A DNA stretch of 63,527 nucleotides, filler included, from Octopus bimaculoides (taxonomy: Eukaryota): NCBI RefSeq assembly GCF_001194135.2. It is 4 parts of 3 records of this genome, joined end to end, with 100 filler letters (N's around TTAATTAATTAA, not from the genome) between each part and the next. Parts side by side here need not be neighbours in the genome. Positions count along the whole stretch, not along the records: positions 23,405 to 44,460 come from NC_068993.1; positions 44,561 to 56,195 come from NC_068985.1; 2 more parts are not named here. The stretch is one strand, 5' to 3'. How positions within the stretch are numbered: position 1 is the first letter of the stretch; every line of letters starts with the position of its first letter. Under the pieces are notes generated by a model, which did no database searches, had not been told where the DNA came from, and worked only from the letters and a program-made list of their open reading frames with translations. Of the stretch, positions 34,770 to 48,817 are shown piece by piece. Both the position numbers and the translations under genes were made by a program.

Positions 34770-35099
34770 ATTTATGTTTATCTCTACAGCAGACGTCATT
34801 ATGCATCGTCCAACTCCATAAAATTTGTTAGATTTTCTAATATACGATGTTTCAATGTTTCTGCATCAAACATTTATGCATATGGGTGGGGTGGGGGTTG
34901 AATGGTGCCGTGTGTTATGCTGTGTATACATAGAGAAATACATTTTTTTTTTCTTTATACCATCATGTGTATAGATATATAAAAACACACACACACATAT
35001 ATAAAGAGAGAGACAAACACACATAGATATATAAAGGGACACAGATATATAGATATATGTATAAATATACACATGTATGTATGCAAGCATACATGTGTT

Positions 35100-35139
<40 letters not shown>

Positions 35140-36109
35140 TGTGTGTGTGTCTGTGTGTGTGTGTGTAGATAGATAAATATAGATATTCATATATNNNNNN
35201 NNNNNNNNNNNNNNNNNNNNNNNNNNNNNNNNNNNNNNNNNNNNNNNNNNNNNNNNNNNNNNNNNNNNNNNNNNNNNNNNNNNNNNNNNNNNNNNNNNNN
35301 NNNNNNNNNNNNNNNNNNNNNNNNNNNNNNNNNNNNNNNNNNNNNNNNNNNNNNNNNNNNNNNNNNNNNNNNNNNNNNNNNNNNNNNNNNNNNNNNNNNN
35401 NNNNNNNNNNNNNNNNNNNNNNNNNNNNNNNNNNNNNNNNNNNNNNNNNNNNNNNNNNNNNNNNNNNNNNNNNNNNNNNNNNNNNNNNNNNNNNNNNNNN
35501 NNNNNNNNNNNNNNNNNNNNNNNNNNNNNNNNNNNNNNNNNNNNNNNNNNNNNNNNNNNNNNNNNNNNNNNNNNNNNNNNNNNNNNNNNNNNNNNNNNNN
35601 NNNNNNNNNNNNNNNNNNNNNNNNNNNNNNNNNNNNNNNNNNNNNNNNNNNNNNNNNNNNNNNNNNNNNNNNNNNNNNNNNNNNNNNNNNNNNNNNNNNN
35701 NNNNNNNNNNNNNNNNNNNNNNNNNNNNNNNNNNNNNNNNNNNNNNNNNNNNNNNNNNNNNNNNNNNNNNNNNNNNNNNNNNNNNNNNNNNNNNNNNNNN
35801 NNNNNNNNNNNNNNNNNNNNNNNNNNNNNNNNNNNNNNNNNNNNNNNNNNNNNNNNNNNNNNNNNNNNNNNNNNNNNNNNNNNNNNNNNNNNNNNNNNNN
35901 NNNNNNNNNNNNNNNNNNNNNNNNNNNNNNNNNNNNNNNNNNNNNNNNNNNNNNNNNNNNNNNNNNNNNNNNNNNNNNNNNNNNNNNNNNNNNNNNNNNN
36001 NNNNNNNNNNNNNNNNNNNNNNNNNNNNNNNNNNNNNNNNNNNNNTGCTCCGGAATTGTTAAAGATATGCTTCAATTTTTTTCTAAAACTGACAGAATTT
36101 TATGCTTAT

Positions 36110-36290
36110 TACTACAACAGATTTATAAATCTCACGTCAAACTTCTATTGAAAATTTTCAACATGTCTGTATCCCTGCATACTTCAAATCTCTCCTTAGC
36201 GTTGTGAAACACATTCTGAAGCATTTCAGGAGTTAGCTCCTGCACTGCTAACTGAATGTGTTCTTTAAGTTGGGTGGATCTCAAGATTTT
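36110..36290 (-). mobile_element. Tc1/mariner-superfamily transposase C-terminal remnant
   Basis: QLKEHIQLAVQELTPEMLQNVFHNAKERFEVC...HVE matches the usual C-terminal helix pattern. Confidence 0.6.
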
Positions 36291-38037
36291 CGCGACATGA
36301 CAAACACACAGACAGACACACATCCTGTGTTTTATATATATAGATATACAATAGGGCATTTTTAACATCGAATGGTTATGAGGGTCTACCTGAGGAAAAT
36401 AGGGGTCAAATTGATCCATAGGCACAAAATGGTTAAGCATCACTAGTCTCGAGAATTTATGCTACATTTTATGTTTTAGATGTACAGTGAGGTTATACAA
36501 GTAACACTGTAGTCACTATGATAGGGGAATATCAATATTTGGGACGATCTAAAACGATGTAGTTATAAATGAGTTCTCGTGATAACAGATTCAGCATAAT
36601 CAATAAGTCTTGCTTAGAGTACATTCGTTGTACGTCGTTATGGCATCTGTTCAGTTTGTGATTCTGATAACGTAGTTGTTTCTGTAATAAATACAGATAC
36701 ATAGCTACTACCATAAAGAATTCACTTACACACATATACACACACACACATATATATATATAGCTATAGATATATATATATACATATATATATACATATA
36801 TATACATATACATATATACATATTTATACATATAAATTGAAAGATATAATCAATCAAAACAACTTTATATCATTCCCAAATTGTCAAAAATCGAATATAA
36901 ATATATAGTAAAACAATAGGCTTCCCAACAGTATAAAATATACACATATACACGAATAGAAGGTGATAAAACCTGAAAGGGTAATACGAGTGAAGTCGAA
37001 TGAAGAAAAATATATGGAATAAATTAATGTATAATAAATGTTTAACGAAATTGCTTTCGGTTTACGAAGTTATACAATTATATTTATACATATGTATGTG
37101 TGTANNNNNNNNNNNNNNNNNNNNNNNNNNNNNNNNNNNNNNNNNNNNNNNNNNNNNNNNNNNNNNNNNNNNNNNNNNNNNNNNNNNNNNNNNNNNNNNN
37201 NNNNNNNNNNNNNNNNNNNNNNNNNNNNNNNNNNNNNNNNNNNNNNNNNNNNNNNNNNNNNNNNNNNNNNNNNNNNNNNNNNNNNNNNNNNNNNNNNNNN
37301 NNNNNNNNNNNNNNNNNNNNNNNNNNNNNNNNNNNNNNNNNNNNNNNNNNNNNNNNNNNNNNNATATATATATATATATATATATATATACAGTTTGATA
37401 TAAGAAATACGAGAAACAATTGAAAGGTAGAGTATAAAATCAAAGTTGAGCTAGAGGCGTGATTAGAACTCACAACCATGAACATCGCAGCATTACTCTA
37501 GGGAGTTCTAGGACTCAATTGGTTGGCACTTAATCCGTTTCTCATGGCGAATATAAGTGACCGAGATTACAACCCTCCCACAGATGTCAGTTCGTTTGCA
37601 GATGAACCTACTTGAGTAACGTGAAATGAAGCGTTTTGGTCAAGAACGCAACGCACCACTCAGCCTGGGAATCGAAACAAGGATTTTGCAGACAACATCA
37701 TCACCACTAAGCCACGTGACTCCACAATATGAAATCAGTAGTCAGTATTTGTGAGAATAACTACATTAGATACGGGCTATTAAACCAAACTGAATAAGAT
37801 CACTATGAACAACATATTTTTTCTTTCACACTCTATGTTTATTATTACAGTCCATTGGTGATGACATGGTAAAGTAAGCTGTTTAGATTTTGTAAAGGCA
37901 ATTGAACATCTGATTTACACCTATTTCTAGTCAAAAATGCAAAATTTGTCACGTACTGGATAGATCGTATCTAGCTGAAGATGTCCAACTATTCATAAAC
38001 ATGTAAAGTCACGCAGACGTACGGGTATGTGTATGTG

Positions 38038-38069
<32 letters not shown>

Positions 38070-38996
38070 CGTATGTATGTGTGTGTATGTATATATGTAT
38101 ATATGTATGTATGTATGCATGCATGTATGTATGTATGTATGTATGTATGTATGTATGTATGTATGTGCTTACATATGTACATATATACCTACCAACATAC
38201 GTATATATGCACGCACGTATGTATTTGTATATATATTAACATTCATATTTATATATGTATATCTGTATATAAATATGTATGNNNNNNNNNNNNNNNNNNN
38301 NNNNNNNNNNNNNNNNNNNNNNNNNNNNNNNNNNNNNNNNNNNNNNNNNNNNNNNNNNNNNNNNNNNNNNNNNNNNNNNNNNNNNNNNNNNNNNNNNNNN
38401 NNNNNNNNNNNNNNNNNNNNNNNNNNNNNNNNNNNNNNNNNNNNNNNNNNNNNNNNNNNNNNNNNNNNNNNNNNNNNNNNNNNNNNNNNNNNNNNNNNNN
38501 NNNNNNNNNNNNNNNNNNNNNNNNNNNNNNNNNNNNNNNNNNNNNNNNNNNNNNNNNNNNNNNNNNNNNNNNNNNNNNNNNNNNNNNNNNNNNNNNNNNN
38601 NNNNNNNNNNNNNNNNNNNNNNNNNNNNNNNNNNNNNNNNNNNNNNNNNNNNNNNNNNNNNNNNNNNNNNNNNNNNNNNNNNNNNNNNNNNNNNNNNNNN
38701 NNNNNNNNNNNNNNNNNNNNNNNNNNNNNNNNNNNNNNNNNNNNNNNNNNNNNNNNNNNNNNNNNNNNNNNNNNNNNNNNNNNNNNNNNNNNNNNNNNNN
38801 NNNNNNNNNNNNNNNNNNNNNNNNNNNNNNNNNNNNNNNNNNNNNNNNNNNNNNNNNNNNNNNNNNNNNNNNNNNNNNNNNNNNNNNNNNNNNNNNNNNN
38901 NNNNNNNNNNNNNNNNNNNNNNNNNNNNNNNNNNNNNNNNNNNNNNNNNNNNNNNNNNNNNNNNNNNNNNNNNNNNNNNNNNNNNNNNNNNNNTAT

Positions 38997-39035
<39 letters not shown>

Positions 39036-39101
39036 TACATACATACATACATACATACATACATACATACATACAACACTTTTCAAAGTTATCTCCCCCA
39101 G

Positions 39102-39196
39102 ATTTACAATAGCCATTAGATCCAGCACTGACTTCTTACGACGTTTCGTATACGATTACGTTTGCGTAGACAATGGGATCGAAGATGGAAAAACAG
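39102..39196 (+). other. Candidate internal coding exon of an unidentified gene (FTIAIRSSTDFLRRFVYDYVCVDNGIEDGKT)
   Basis: CTCCCCCAG acceptor, CAG|GTAATG donor, only one open frame; degenerate duplicate about 410 bp downstream. Confidence 0.35.
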
Positions 39197-40228
39197 GTAA
39201 TGGGTGTATATACATATTTCAGAAGTTCTTGCTCCTTCATTAGTGCCACATCCAATCTATTAAGCATCTACGAACACATTACTTAAATAGCCACCAAATA
39301 TAGCCGTGCAACATTATTAGATATGCAAATTTTATAAAATAAACACATTCCTGCCAACTGGTACGTACATATTAATTGCTGAGCGGGACGCCGTATTTCA
39401 TTATGCAACTATAATTGATATACTACCTAGTATATTAAAGTCTTAGAAGTTAATATTGCGCCCTACCTGTGTTAGCAGTGCGATAAAATCATTTTTTAAA
39501 GTTATCTCTACGGATTTTGTAGAGAACTGAAGTTTCGTCGTTTCTTATACGAATACGTCTTTCATTGAAGATGAAAAAAAAAGGTGGGTAATTGGAGTAC
39601 GTACATATTACGAGAATTCTTTCTCCTTCAGCTTCGCATCCAATCCATTAACCATCTACGAACACATTACTTGAATAGCCACTAAATATATACACGACGA
39701 GCTTCTATCTGCCAAATTTACAAACAAATTCACTCAGAAGGTACTGGTTTGCCTGAGGCTATAGTAGAAGGCACTTGCCGAAAGTCCTAGCCGCGTAGCG
39801 ATACTAAAGAACTCTAAGCTATGAGATTGCAAACCGTTCTTCATAACCACATAGCCATGCCTGCGCTTGTTTCGCTTAACTCAATTACTTTCAGTTTCAG
39901 TTACAATTTCACATCAGAAGAAGAGTCTAACTTTCTCTTCTATAAACACGATGCTAGGATAGATTTACATTTTATAAACTGATGAATATAAAAGACAACG
40001 ATTATATTTTTATTGACTTACGATAAATGTAAAGTTGTTTTTTTTTTATAAAATAAAAAGACTAATTATGTTATCTTATGTTATCTTATTACTGAATCTC
40101 AATTGCGAAAAAGCTTAATGTGAAATTAATCGATTAGCCTATCACTGTAAATAGATATTTAACTACACATCCATTTAGTGAAGCATGATTGTTACGCCAG
40201 CTATGTTACGCCAGTATGTGCGTGATTT

Positions 40229-40285
<57 letters not shown>

Positions 40286-40674
40286 NNNNNNNNNNNNNNN
40301 NNNNNNNNNNNNNNNNNNNNNNNNNNNNNNNNNNNNNNNNNNNNNNNNNNNNNNNNNNNNNNNNNNNNNNNNNNNNNNNNNNNNNNNNNNNNNNNNNNNN
40401 NNNNNNNNNNNNNNNNNNNNNNNNNNNNNNNNNNNNNNNNNNNNNNNNNNNNNNNNNNNNNNNNNNNNNNNNNNNNNNNNNNNNNNNNNNNNNNNNNNNN
40501 NNNNNNNNNNNNNNNNNNNNNNNNNNNNNNNNNNNNNNNNNNNNNNNNNNNNNNNNNNNNNNNNNNNNNNNNNNNNNNNNNNNNNNNNNNNNNNNNNNNN
40601 NNNNNNNNNNNNNNNNNNNNNNNNNNNNNNNNNNNNNNNNNNNNNNNNNNNNNNNNNNNNNNNNNNNNNNNNNN

Positions 40675-40733
<59 letters not shown>

Positions 40734-41080
40734 GTTTATATGTTTATATGTATGTATGCATGAGTATTTAAATGCCAGTATTATTTGTGGCTGGATATGT
40801 ATGCACACACAGACATACATATACATATATACATACATATCATTCTTATAAGAAAATTAACGTATTTCGTTGCATAAAAATATCAGTATTTCTATTCCTC
40901 TACCCTAGTTACACAGGGGTAGAAGGGATAGGAGGGAGGGCAAACTGTCGACATAAATTGAAAGATTTACCTATAAATATAAACATTGACATAGATAGTG
41001 ACAGAGACGGGTGGATGGGTATTCACATACAAGTACACATCAAACACACACATACAAACAGAGATACACTCGCGCGCGCG

Positions 41081-41124
<44 letters not shown>

Positions 41125-44100
41125 TTCAAGGACTCACGTAATTGTGTATGTATGAGTGTGAGTGTGTATGCATGTAAGATTGTGTATGCATATAAAACAT
41201 ACATTACATACTAACAGAAAAATTGTGCCAAACCATCGACATTTTCTGCAGATATCTTTCTCTCCCTGCTTCTCTCTTTCTCCCCTTTGGTTTCTCTCTC
41301 TCTCTCTCACTTTCTTCCCCTCTCCTCCCCCCTCTCTCTCTCTTTCAGTTGCTCTCTAACTCTCTCTCTCTCTATCTATCTGTCTATATATATNNNNNNN
41401 NNNNNNNNNNNNNNNNNNNNNNNNNNNNNNNNNNNNNNNNNNNNNNNNNNNNNNNNNNNNNNNNNNNNNNNNNNNNNNNNNNNNNNNNNNNNNNNNNNNN
41501 NNNNNNNNNNNNNNNNNNNNNNNNNNNNNNNNNNNNNNNNNNNNNNNNNNNNNNNNNNNNNNNNNNNNNNNNNNNNNNNNNNNNNNNNNNNNNNNNNNNN
41601 NNNNNNNNNNNNNNNNNNNNNNNNNNNNNNNNNNNNNNNNNNNNNNNNNNNNNNNNNNNNNNNNNNNNNNNNNNNNNNNNNNNNNNNNNNNNNNNNNNNN
41701 NNNNNNNNNNNNNNNNNNNNNNNNNNNNNNNNNNNNNNNNNNNNNNNNNNNNNNNNNNNNNNNNNNNNNNNNNNNNNNNNNNNNNNNNNNNNNNNNNNNN
41801 NNNNNNNNNNNNNNNNNNNNNNNNNNNAAAAAAAAAAAAAAAAAAAAAACAGAAACAAAACTATTGTATTCGTGTAATATCAAGCCACTACGATAGACCG
41901 TGAGATATTTATCGTTTCTCTGTGTCTGACAAAGGTTCTTTCTTTTCCTCCGCTTTACTTTCTTGTATTCTCAACTGAAAAAAGATCCAATGAATGTATA
42001 TTGTTCTGTATTGGTGTTGACATCACTCGACAGATGGCCTCTGTGTAACTAGACACCACGATGCAACGAGAGCAATATATGTAAACGTATCTCTACGTGT
42101 ATGTGTGTGTGCATGTGTTATTTAGTACGTACCCGTTAAGAAATACCCGTTTAAAAAGTCTGGAAGAACAACAGTTTAAAATAAGTACTCAATAACATAA
42201 AGCAGAGTGGATCTATTTGTTTGTTTTGCATGATGGCACTTACAAGACTTGTGGTGTTTCATTCGTTTCAGAATTCATCAGACTGCCTAAACTTTGTATA
42301 TGCCAACATCAGAATAAACACGCACATACAGACACATACACCCATATGCACATATACAAACTTTTATGACACATACGTGCGAGCATATGCACGCATATAG
42401 ATAGATAGATTACGAGCTACTTTCAGTTTCCGTATACCAAACGTATACCATATCCACTCACAAGATTTTGGCGGGCCCGAGGCTATAGCATTACCCAAGG
42501 TGCTACGCAGTGAGACTGAATACCTGATGAGAATTACTGTTGATAATTTCCTAATATAAATACACAAACAAATAACCGTAAAAACATTCCCTCATTATCC
42601 CGTCCGATCTCATCTTCACTTTTGTAATGAGTCGCCAATTTTAGTCGAAAATAAAAAAGACTAAGAATATCTTACGGAATTCTCAAGAGAATCCAAACAG
42701 GGACATGAACTCACCATCACCGGTTGTCAGGTGGTGGTGGTGGGGAACAAACACAGATACAAGAATACATACTCACACACCCAAACACCCACGCACGCAC
42801 TCACACACACACACACACATACACATACAAACACACATATATATGCATATATACGACAGACTTCTTTCTGTCAAGCAAATCCACTTTCAAAGCTTTGGTC
42901 GGCCCGAGTATGTGTGGAAGGAGATACTTGCCCAAGGTGCCACACAGTGAGACTGAACAATGTGGTTGGGAAGTAAAACGTCTTACCACTCAGCCACGCC
43001 TGCGTGTATATGTTGAACTTTTAAAGATCGGGATCTTCAATGGAGGTCGGCAATCCTGGAACGGAGCAGTCCTTCCTGAGAACATCAAACGGAATGCTTT
43101 CCGATACATTAGGTTCCAAATGCGATCACAACGCCCTCGCTCGGTTGCTTCGATCTCTTCCATGATATAAACCAATGCGGAATGCGAAATTACCATTTCT
43201 GTTTTCTTCTTCAAAGCAGCTGCAGAAATAATCAGTTTTGATAATAGATATCTATTTTTGGTGAAAATTTACAAATTTGGCTCAGGTGGTGGGATGGGGA
43301 TGGGGACAATGCTGGGTCGAAATGATCTCAGCATTTAACTTGAGTGTATTTATTTTTTTGCCGATAACGTAAGATAAAAGACAATGGTATTTCAAGACAT
43401 CCACAATTCTGCCGTAGCTTCCACCCTACACCTTTGAATGACTACAACAATGGCAATAATAATAATCATTTCTATTATAGGCACAAGGCCTGAAATTTGG
43501 GGAGGGGGGGGCTTAGACGATTATATCGACCCCCAATGTTTCACTGGTACTTAATTTATCGATCCCGAAAGGAGGAAAGGTAAAGTCGACCTCGGTGGAA
43601 TTTGAACTCAGAACTTAAAGACGGACGAATTACCTCTAAGCACTTCGTCCACCGTGCTAACGACTCTGCCAGCTCGCCGCCTTAATAATAAAAGTAATAA
43701 TAATAATGGCTCTCATGGTTTCTGATCTTAACTGATTGGAAGTGTTATCATGTACATTGTTTTGTCTTGGTATAAAAGATAGGCTACAGCAAATATTTTG
43801 CTCAATACCACAAGACCACAAATTTGAAATTAGGGGTACCAGTCGATGACATCGACTCCAGTATTTGATTTGTGTTTTATTTTATTGACCTCGAAAGGAT
43901 AAAATGCATAGTTGACTTCGACGGGATTTGAACTTAGAATGTAGAGAATCAGAAGAAACGGCGCGAAGCATTTTGTCTGATGCGCTAGCGATTATGTCAG
44001 CTTGCCACCTTAATGGTATTAATAATTCTTTCTGATTTCGGCAGGCCAGCTTTTATGAAGGGCAGAGGAAGTCGATTACTTGACTGGCCCTTTACTTTAT

Positions 44101-44407
44101 CAACCTCGAGTGAATTTCAGGCAAAGTCGATCTCGTTGAGATTGTGAACTCAGGAGCCGGGAGTAATGCTACAATGTGTTTTGTTTTGTGTTTTTTCGAG
44201 TTCCGCTAACAATTCTACTAATCTACTTCTAGCCACACTGACCAAATAATTTACACAACATTTCACAAAAAGACTATATTTGGGGTTTATACCACAATAA
44301 CTGGAGAAGAAGCAAATACAAAGCACAACTTGTAACAAATTAAACGTAAAATATACACTTATAAACGCTGGTACATATATAATCATACTTACATATATAA
44401 ACACACA

Positions 44408-44460
<53 letters not shown>

Positions 44461-44990
44461 NNNNNNNNNNNNNNNNNNNNNNNNNNNNNNNNNNNNNNNN
44501 NNNNTTAATTAATTAANNNNNNNNNNNNNNNNNNNNNNNNNNNNNNNNNNNNNNNNNNNNATATATATATATATATATATATATACATTCATGAATGTAT
44601 GCATATATGTACATACATATATGTATACATGTATGAATGTATGCATGCATGCATTTCATACATGCATGTTTCCATACATACATGCATTTTCATTTGTACC
44701 TATCATCATAGATGCATTAGGCTATGTACGTACAAATTTACACAAAAAAACCTAGAAATACTGGGATTTCCAATTCCAATCTATTAGCGGTACAGTGAAG
44801 ATTTGTAAGATATTCGAAAATTATCAATCTAAGATTGTGTGCATCAGATATGTGCATCGACAGTTCAACCAACGCCCCAACTGAACCGCGTATTTACAAA
44901 TACCTGGAACTCATTTAATGTCTCGTTGCTTTGTTAGCGATTGGCTTGAAATCTCTGAAGAGAAACTTAAATAAAACTCAAAGAAAATAG

Positions 44991-45062
<72 letters not shown>

Positions 45063-45598
45063 AAGCACACACACACACACACACACACGCACGCACACAC
45101 CTCACACAGACACACATTGACATAAAATTTGAATTCCGTCTGTTGTTCTAAAATTTCATCGAGATATAATCTAAGTGGAAAGATGGTATTACCAAATCAA
45201 TATAAAACAGTGCTATTGTGGCCACCCTGTGAGTATAAACACTTCATTTGAATTTAACAAGAAACAATATGTTTTACACACACACAAAGCGATTACGAAA
45301 CTGATAACGTCTAATGTTAGATTATAAATCTGCATATATTCTGATTGTGATTAGTCCATGTAACTGTTACTTAATGTTTAAGTAATGAACTTGAAAAGGG
45401 AAAGAATTTAGGCCATGAAATATTTATTCGGCAAAAATGAAATTCGTAAGTGAAACAGGGAATATACGCAAGGGTTTTTAAATGTAGCATTCAGTGGTGT
45501 TATCGATTATCAAACCCTACTGATGGAGATTTGTTTCTTAGTTTTAAAGAAATCACTACCAAAGAAGAGATTAGCTTCCTTCAATATATGTATTTGTA

Positions 45599-45643
<45 letters not shown>

Positions 45644-46221
45644 NNNNNNNNNNNNNNNNNNNNNNNNNNNNNNNNNNNNNNNNNNNNNNNNNNNNNNNNN
45701 NNNNNNNNNNNNNNNNNNNNNNNNNNNNNNNNNNNNNNNNNNNNNNNNNNNNNNNNNNNNNNNNNNNNNNNNNNNNNNNNNNNNNNNNNNNNNNNNNNNN
45801 NNNNNNNNNNNNNNNNNNNNNNNNNNNNNNNNNNNNNNNNNNNNNNNNNNNNNNNNNNNNNNNNNNNNNNNNNNNNNNNNNNNNNNNNNNNNNNNNNNNN
45901 NNNNNNNNNNNNNNNNNNNNNNNNNNNNNNNNNNNNNNNNNNNNNNNNNNNNNNNNNNNNNNNNNNNNNNNNNNNNNNNNNNNNNNNNNNNNNNNNNNNN
46001 NNNNNNNNNNNNNNNNNNNNNNNNNNNNNNNNNNNNNNNNNNNNNNNNNNNNNNNNNNNNNNNNNNNNNNNNNNNNNNNNNNNNNNNNNNNNNNNNNNNN
46101 NNNNNNNNNNNNNNNNNNNNNNNNNNNNNNNNNNNNNNNNNNNNNNNNNNNNNNNNNNNNNNNNNNNNNNNNNNNNNNNNNNNNNNNNNNNNNNNNNNNN
46201 NNNNNNNNNNNNNNNNNNATA

Positions 46222-46400
46222 TATATGTGAGAATTTAGGAAAAAAACAACAGACGAAGACAGGTGGTGTAAGCAACAAATGGATGTATTAGTTTAACGCT
46301 CGGGAATAGAGAAAGTCTTTGACGTTTCGAGCCTACGCTCTTCAACAGAAAGGAACACAGAAAGAAACAAGGAGAGAAACAAGGAGAAAAAATATAAATG
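46222..46400 (-). mobile_element. Penelope/retrozyme-like terminal repeat with hammerhead-like motif (46317-46352)
   Basis: CTTT CTGTTGA A GAGC GTAG GCTC GAAAC GTC AAAG; 3' end abuts (TA)n. Confidence 0.65.
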
Positions 46401-47677
46401 TAGTGGTCAGCGATCTATCATACCTGTGTGTGTGTGTGTGTACGTGTGTGTACTTGCATGCATATTTCTATGCAATATATCCACATAAACACGTATGCAA
46501 ATACATGTATGCATGTATATAGTGACAATATTAAGAGTTTATGACGCTTACACATTTGCCTCGTCTAAATATGCGAAAGATGATATACGGTATGCTAGAA
46601 AGAATACTGTTTAAATTATAATATACATCGCTGTACCTTTACCTGGATTATCCTCACACTTATATCTTTCTAGTTAAAGTTTGTTCAGGTGTTAAATGTC
46701 AAACACTATTATTCATTTTTAATGATCTTAAACAGCAAATAATCAAACATGCTGTAATAATATCTCGGATATTTCTTCCGTTGCACTGGAATCGGTAGTG
46801 GAATATCGATTACATCACAGAAGCTATTCTTGAAGCAATGATGCAAAATATCATTATACGTGCAAACATACATACATACATACATACATACACAGAAATA
46901 AATATATATATATATATANNNNNNNNNNNNNNNNNNNNNNNNNNNNNNNNNNNNNNNNNNNNNNNNNNNNNNNNNNNNNNNNNNNNNNNNNNNNNNNNNN
47001 NNNNNNNNNNNNNNNNNNNNNNNNNNNNNNNNNNNNNNNNNNNNNNNNNNNNNNNNNNNNNNNNNNNNNNNNNNNNNNNNNNNNNNNNNNNNNNNNNNNN
47101 NNNNNNNNNNNNNNNNNNNNNNNNNNNNNNNNNNNNNNNNNNNNNNNNNNNNNNNNNNNNNNNNNNNNNNNNNNNNNNNNNNNNNNNNNNNNNNNNNNNN
47201 NNNNNNNNNNNNNNNNNNNNNNNNNNNNNNNNNNNNNNNNNNNNNNNNNNNNNNNNNNNNNNNNNNNNNNNNNNNNNNNNNNNNNNNNNNNNNNNNNNNN
47301 NNNNNNNNNNNNNNNNNNNNNNNNNNNNNNNNNNNNNNNNNNNNNNNNNNNNNNNNNNNNNNNNNNNNNNNNNNNNNNNNNNNNNNNNNNNNNNNNNNNN
47401 NNNNNNNNNNNNNNNNNNNNNNNNNNNNNNNNNNNNNNNNNNNNNNNNNNNNNNNNNNNNNNNNNNNNNNNNNNNNNNNNNNNNNNNNNNNNNNNNNNNN
47501 NNNNNNNNNNNNNNNNNNNNNNNNNNNNNNNNNNNNNNNNNNNNNNNNNNNNNNNNNNNNNNNNNNNTACACAAACACACGCGCACATACATACATACAT
47601 ACATACACACATACATACATACATACATACATACATACATACACGTATATTTTCAATTAGAGAATGTAATAACAAGC

Positions 47678-47735
<58 letters not shown>

Positions 47736-48441
47736 TATACACATAAACACACCCGTATACAAAGACACTCAAAAGTACGCAGACCTAGCCATTATATATT
47801 TTTGTGAACAATAGCGTCGTTGGAATAATTGTCTCGTTGGAAACCTAGAGGCTTATAGACTTCCAATGAGTCAATTATTGGTTTACTCCGATGGCATGTG
47901 TAAGAAGGAAGTATCTACGTCACGTAGGTGGAATTCCTACGTAATGTATTTTTGTTCGAACGCATATCTTTACCAGTTTTCTCACCGATATGTAATTAAT
48001 TGCCGATATGTAAATTAGTAGAATCTGTACCTTACCACAAACATTTAAACAGATTTAATCCGTTTTCTGGACTTGGAAACCAAAGCTACGAACTTCTTAA
48101 CCACAAATCTGTTCCTCTAAGGTATACATAGTACGTACCTGTAATGAGAACCTTGATATTAAACTGATTGTTGGTTATCGTCAAAATTGTTAGCACTTAC
48201 TCAATTCTTGCTAATTTTCATGTCAATGTTGCATGTAGTATAAAACATGCAACAAGTTCCACCTGATAATGACTGTAAAAAATACCATACTTTAGAGAGA
48301 ATGAAACTGAATTTAATGAGGCTTTCTATGATATGCACCTTTAGGTTAAGAAAGAAAGTAAAGAGCGCTACTGCAATTTCTACGTTTATAACCGATTTAC
48401 AAAAGTAAATATCCTACTTTAATCTTGCTATTGATTATAGT

Positions 48442-48817
48442 GGAGGCCCAATGGCCCAGTGGTTAGGGCAGCGGACTCGCGGTTTTGATTCCCAGACTGA
48501 GCATTGTGAGTGTTTATTGAGCGAAAACACTTAAAGCTCTGCGAGGCTCCGGCAGGGGCTGGTAGCGAACTCTGCTGTACTCTTCCACCACAACTTTCTC
48601 TCACTCTTACTTCCTGTTTCTGTTGTGCCTGTAACTCAAAGGGTCAGCCTTGTCACACTGTGTCACGCTGAATATCCCCGAGAACTACGTTAAGAGTACA
48701 CGTGTCTGTGGAGTGCTCAGCTACTTGCACGTTAATTCCACGAGCAGGCTGTTCGGTTGATCGGATCAACTGGAACCCTCGACGTCGTAAGCGGCGGAGT
48801 GCCAACACACACACACA
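48442..48817 (+). mobile_element. tRNA-headed SINE family C, long copy ending in (CA)n
   Basis: Head TGGCCCAGTGGTTAGGGCAGCGGACTC. Related copies or cores at about 6272-6510 (+), 9085-9365 (-), 24668-24792 (+), 37500-37725 (-), 50335-50485 (+). Confidence 0.75.

Larger units (their letters stand above)
29925..47745. repeat. Microsatellite-dense region: (TA)n, (TATG)n, (CA)n, (TAGA)n around many gaps
   Basis: Most large N gaps have (TA)n or TA/CA-rich repeats on at least one side. Confidence 0.9.

Noticed and set aside
34545-34901. Poly-Tyr/Asp/Arg and poly-Val/Ala/Glu ORFs
   Set aside because: Compound trinucleotide microsatellite keeps frames open; no splice or homology support.
29182-47746. 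Long ORFs (200-400 aa) in the ORF track
   Set aside because: They are made of X from N gaps plus translated microsatellites (YIYI, MYVC, THTH).
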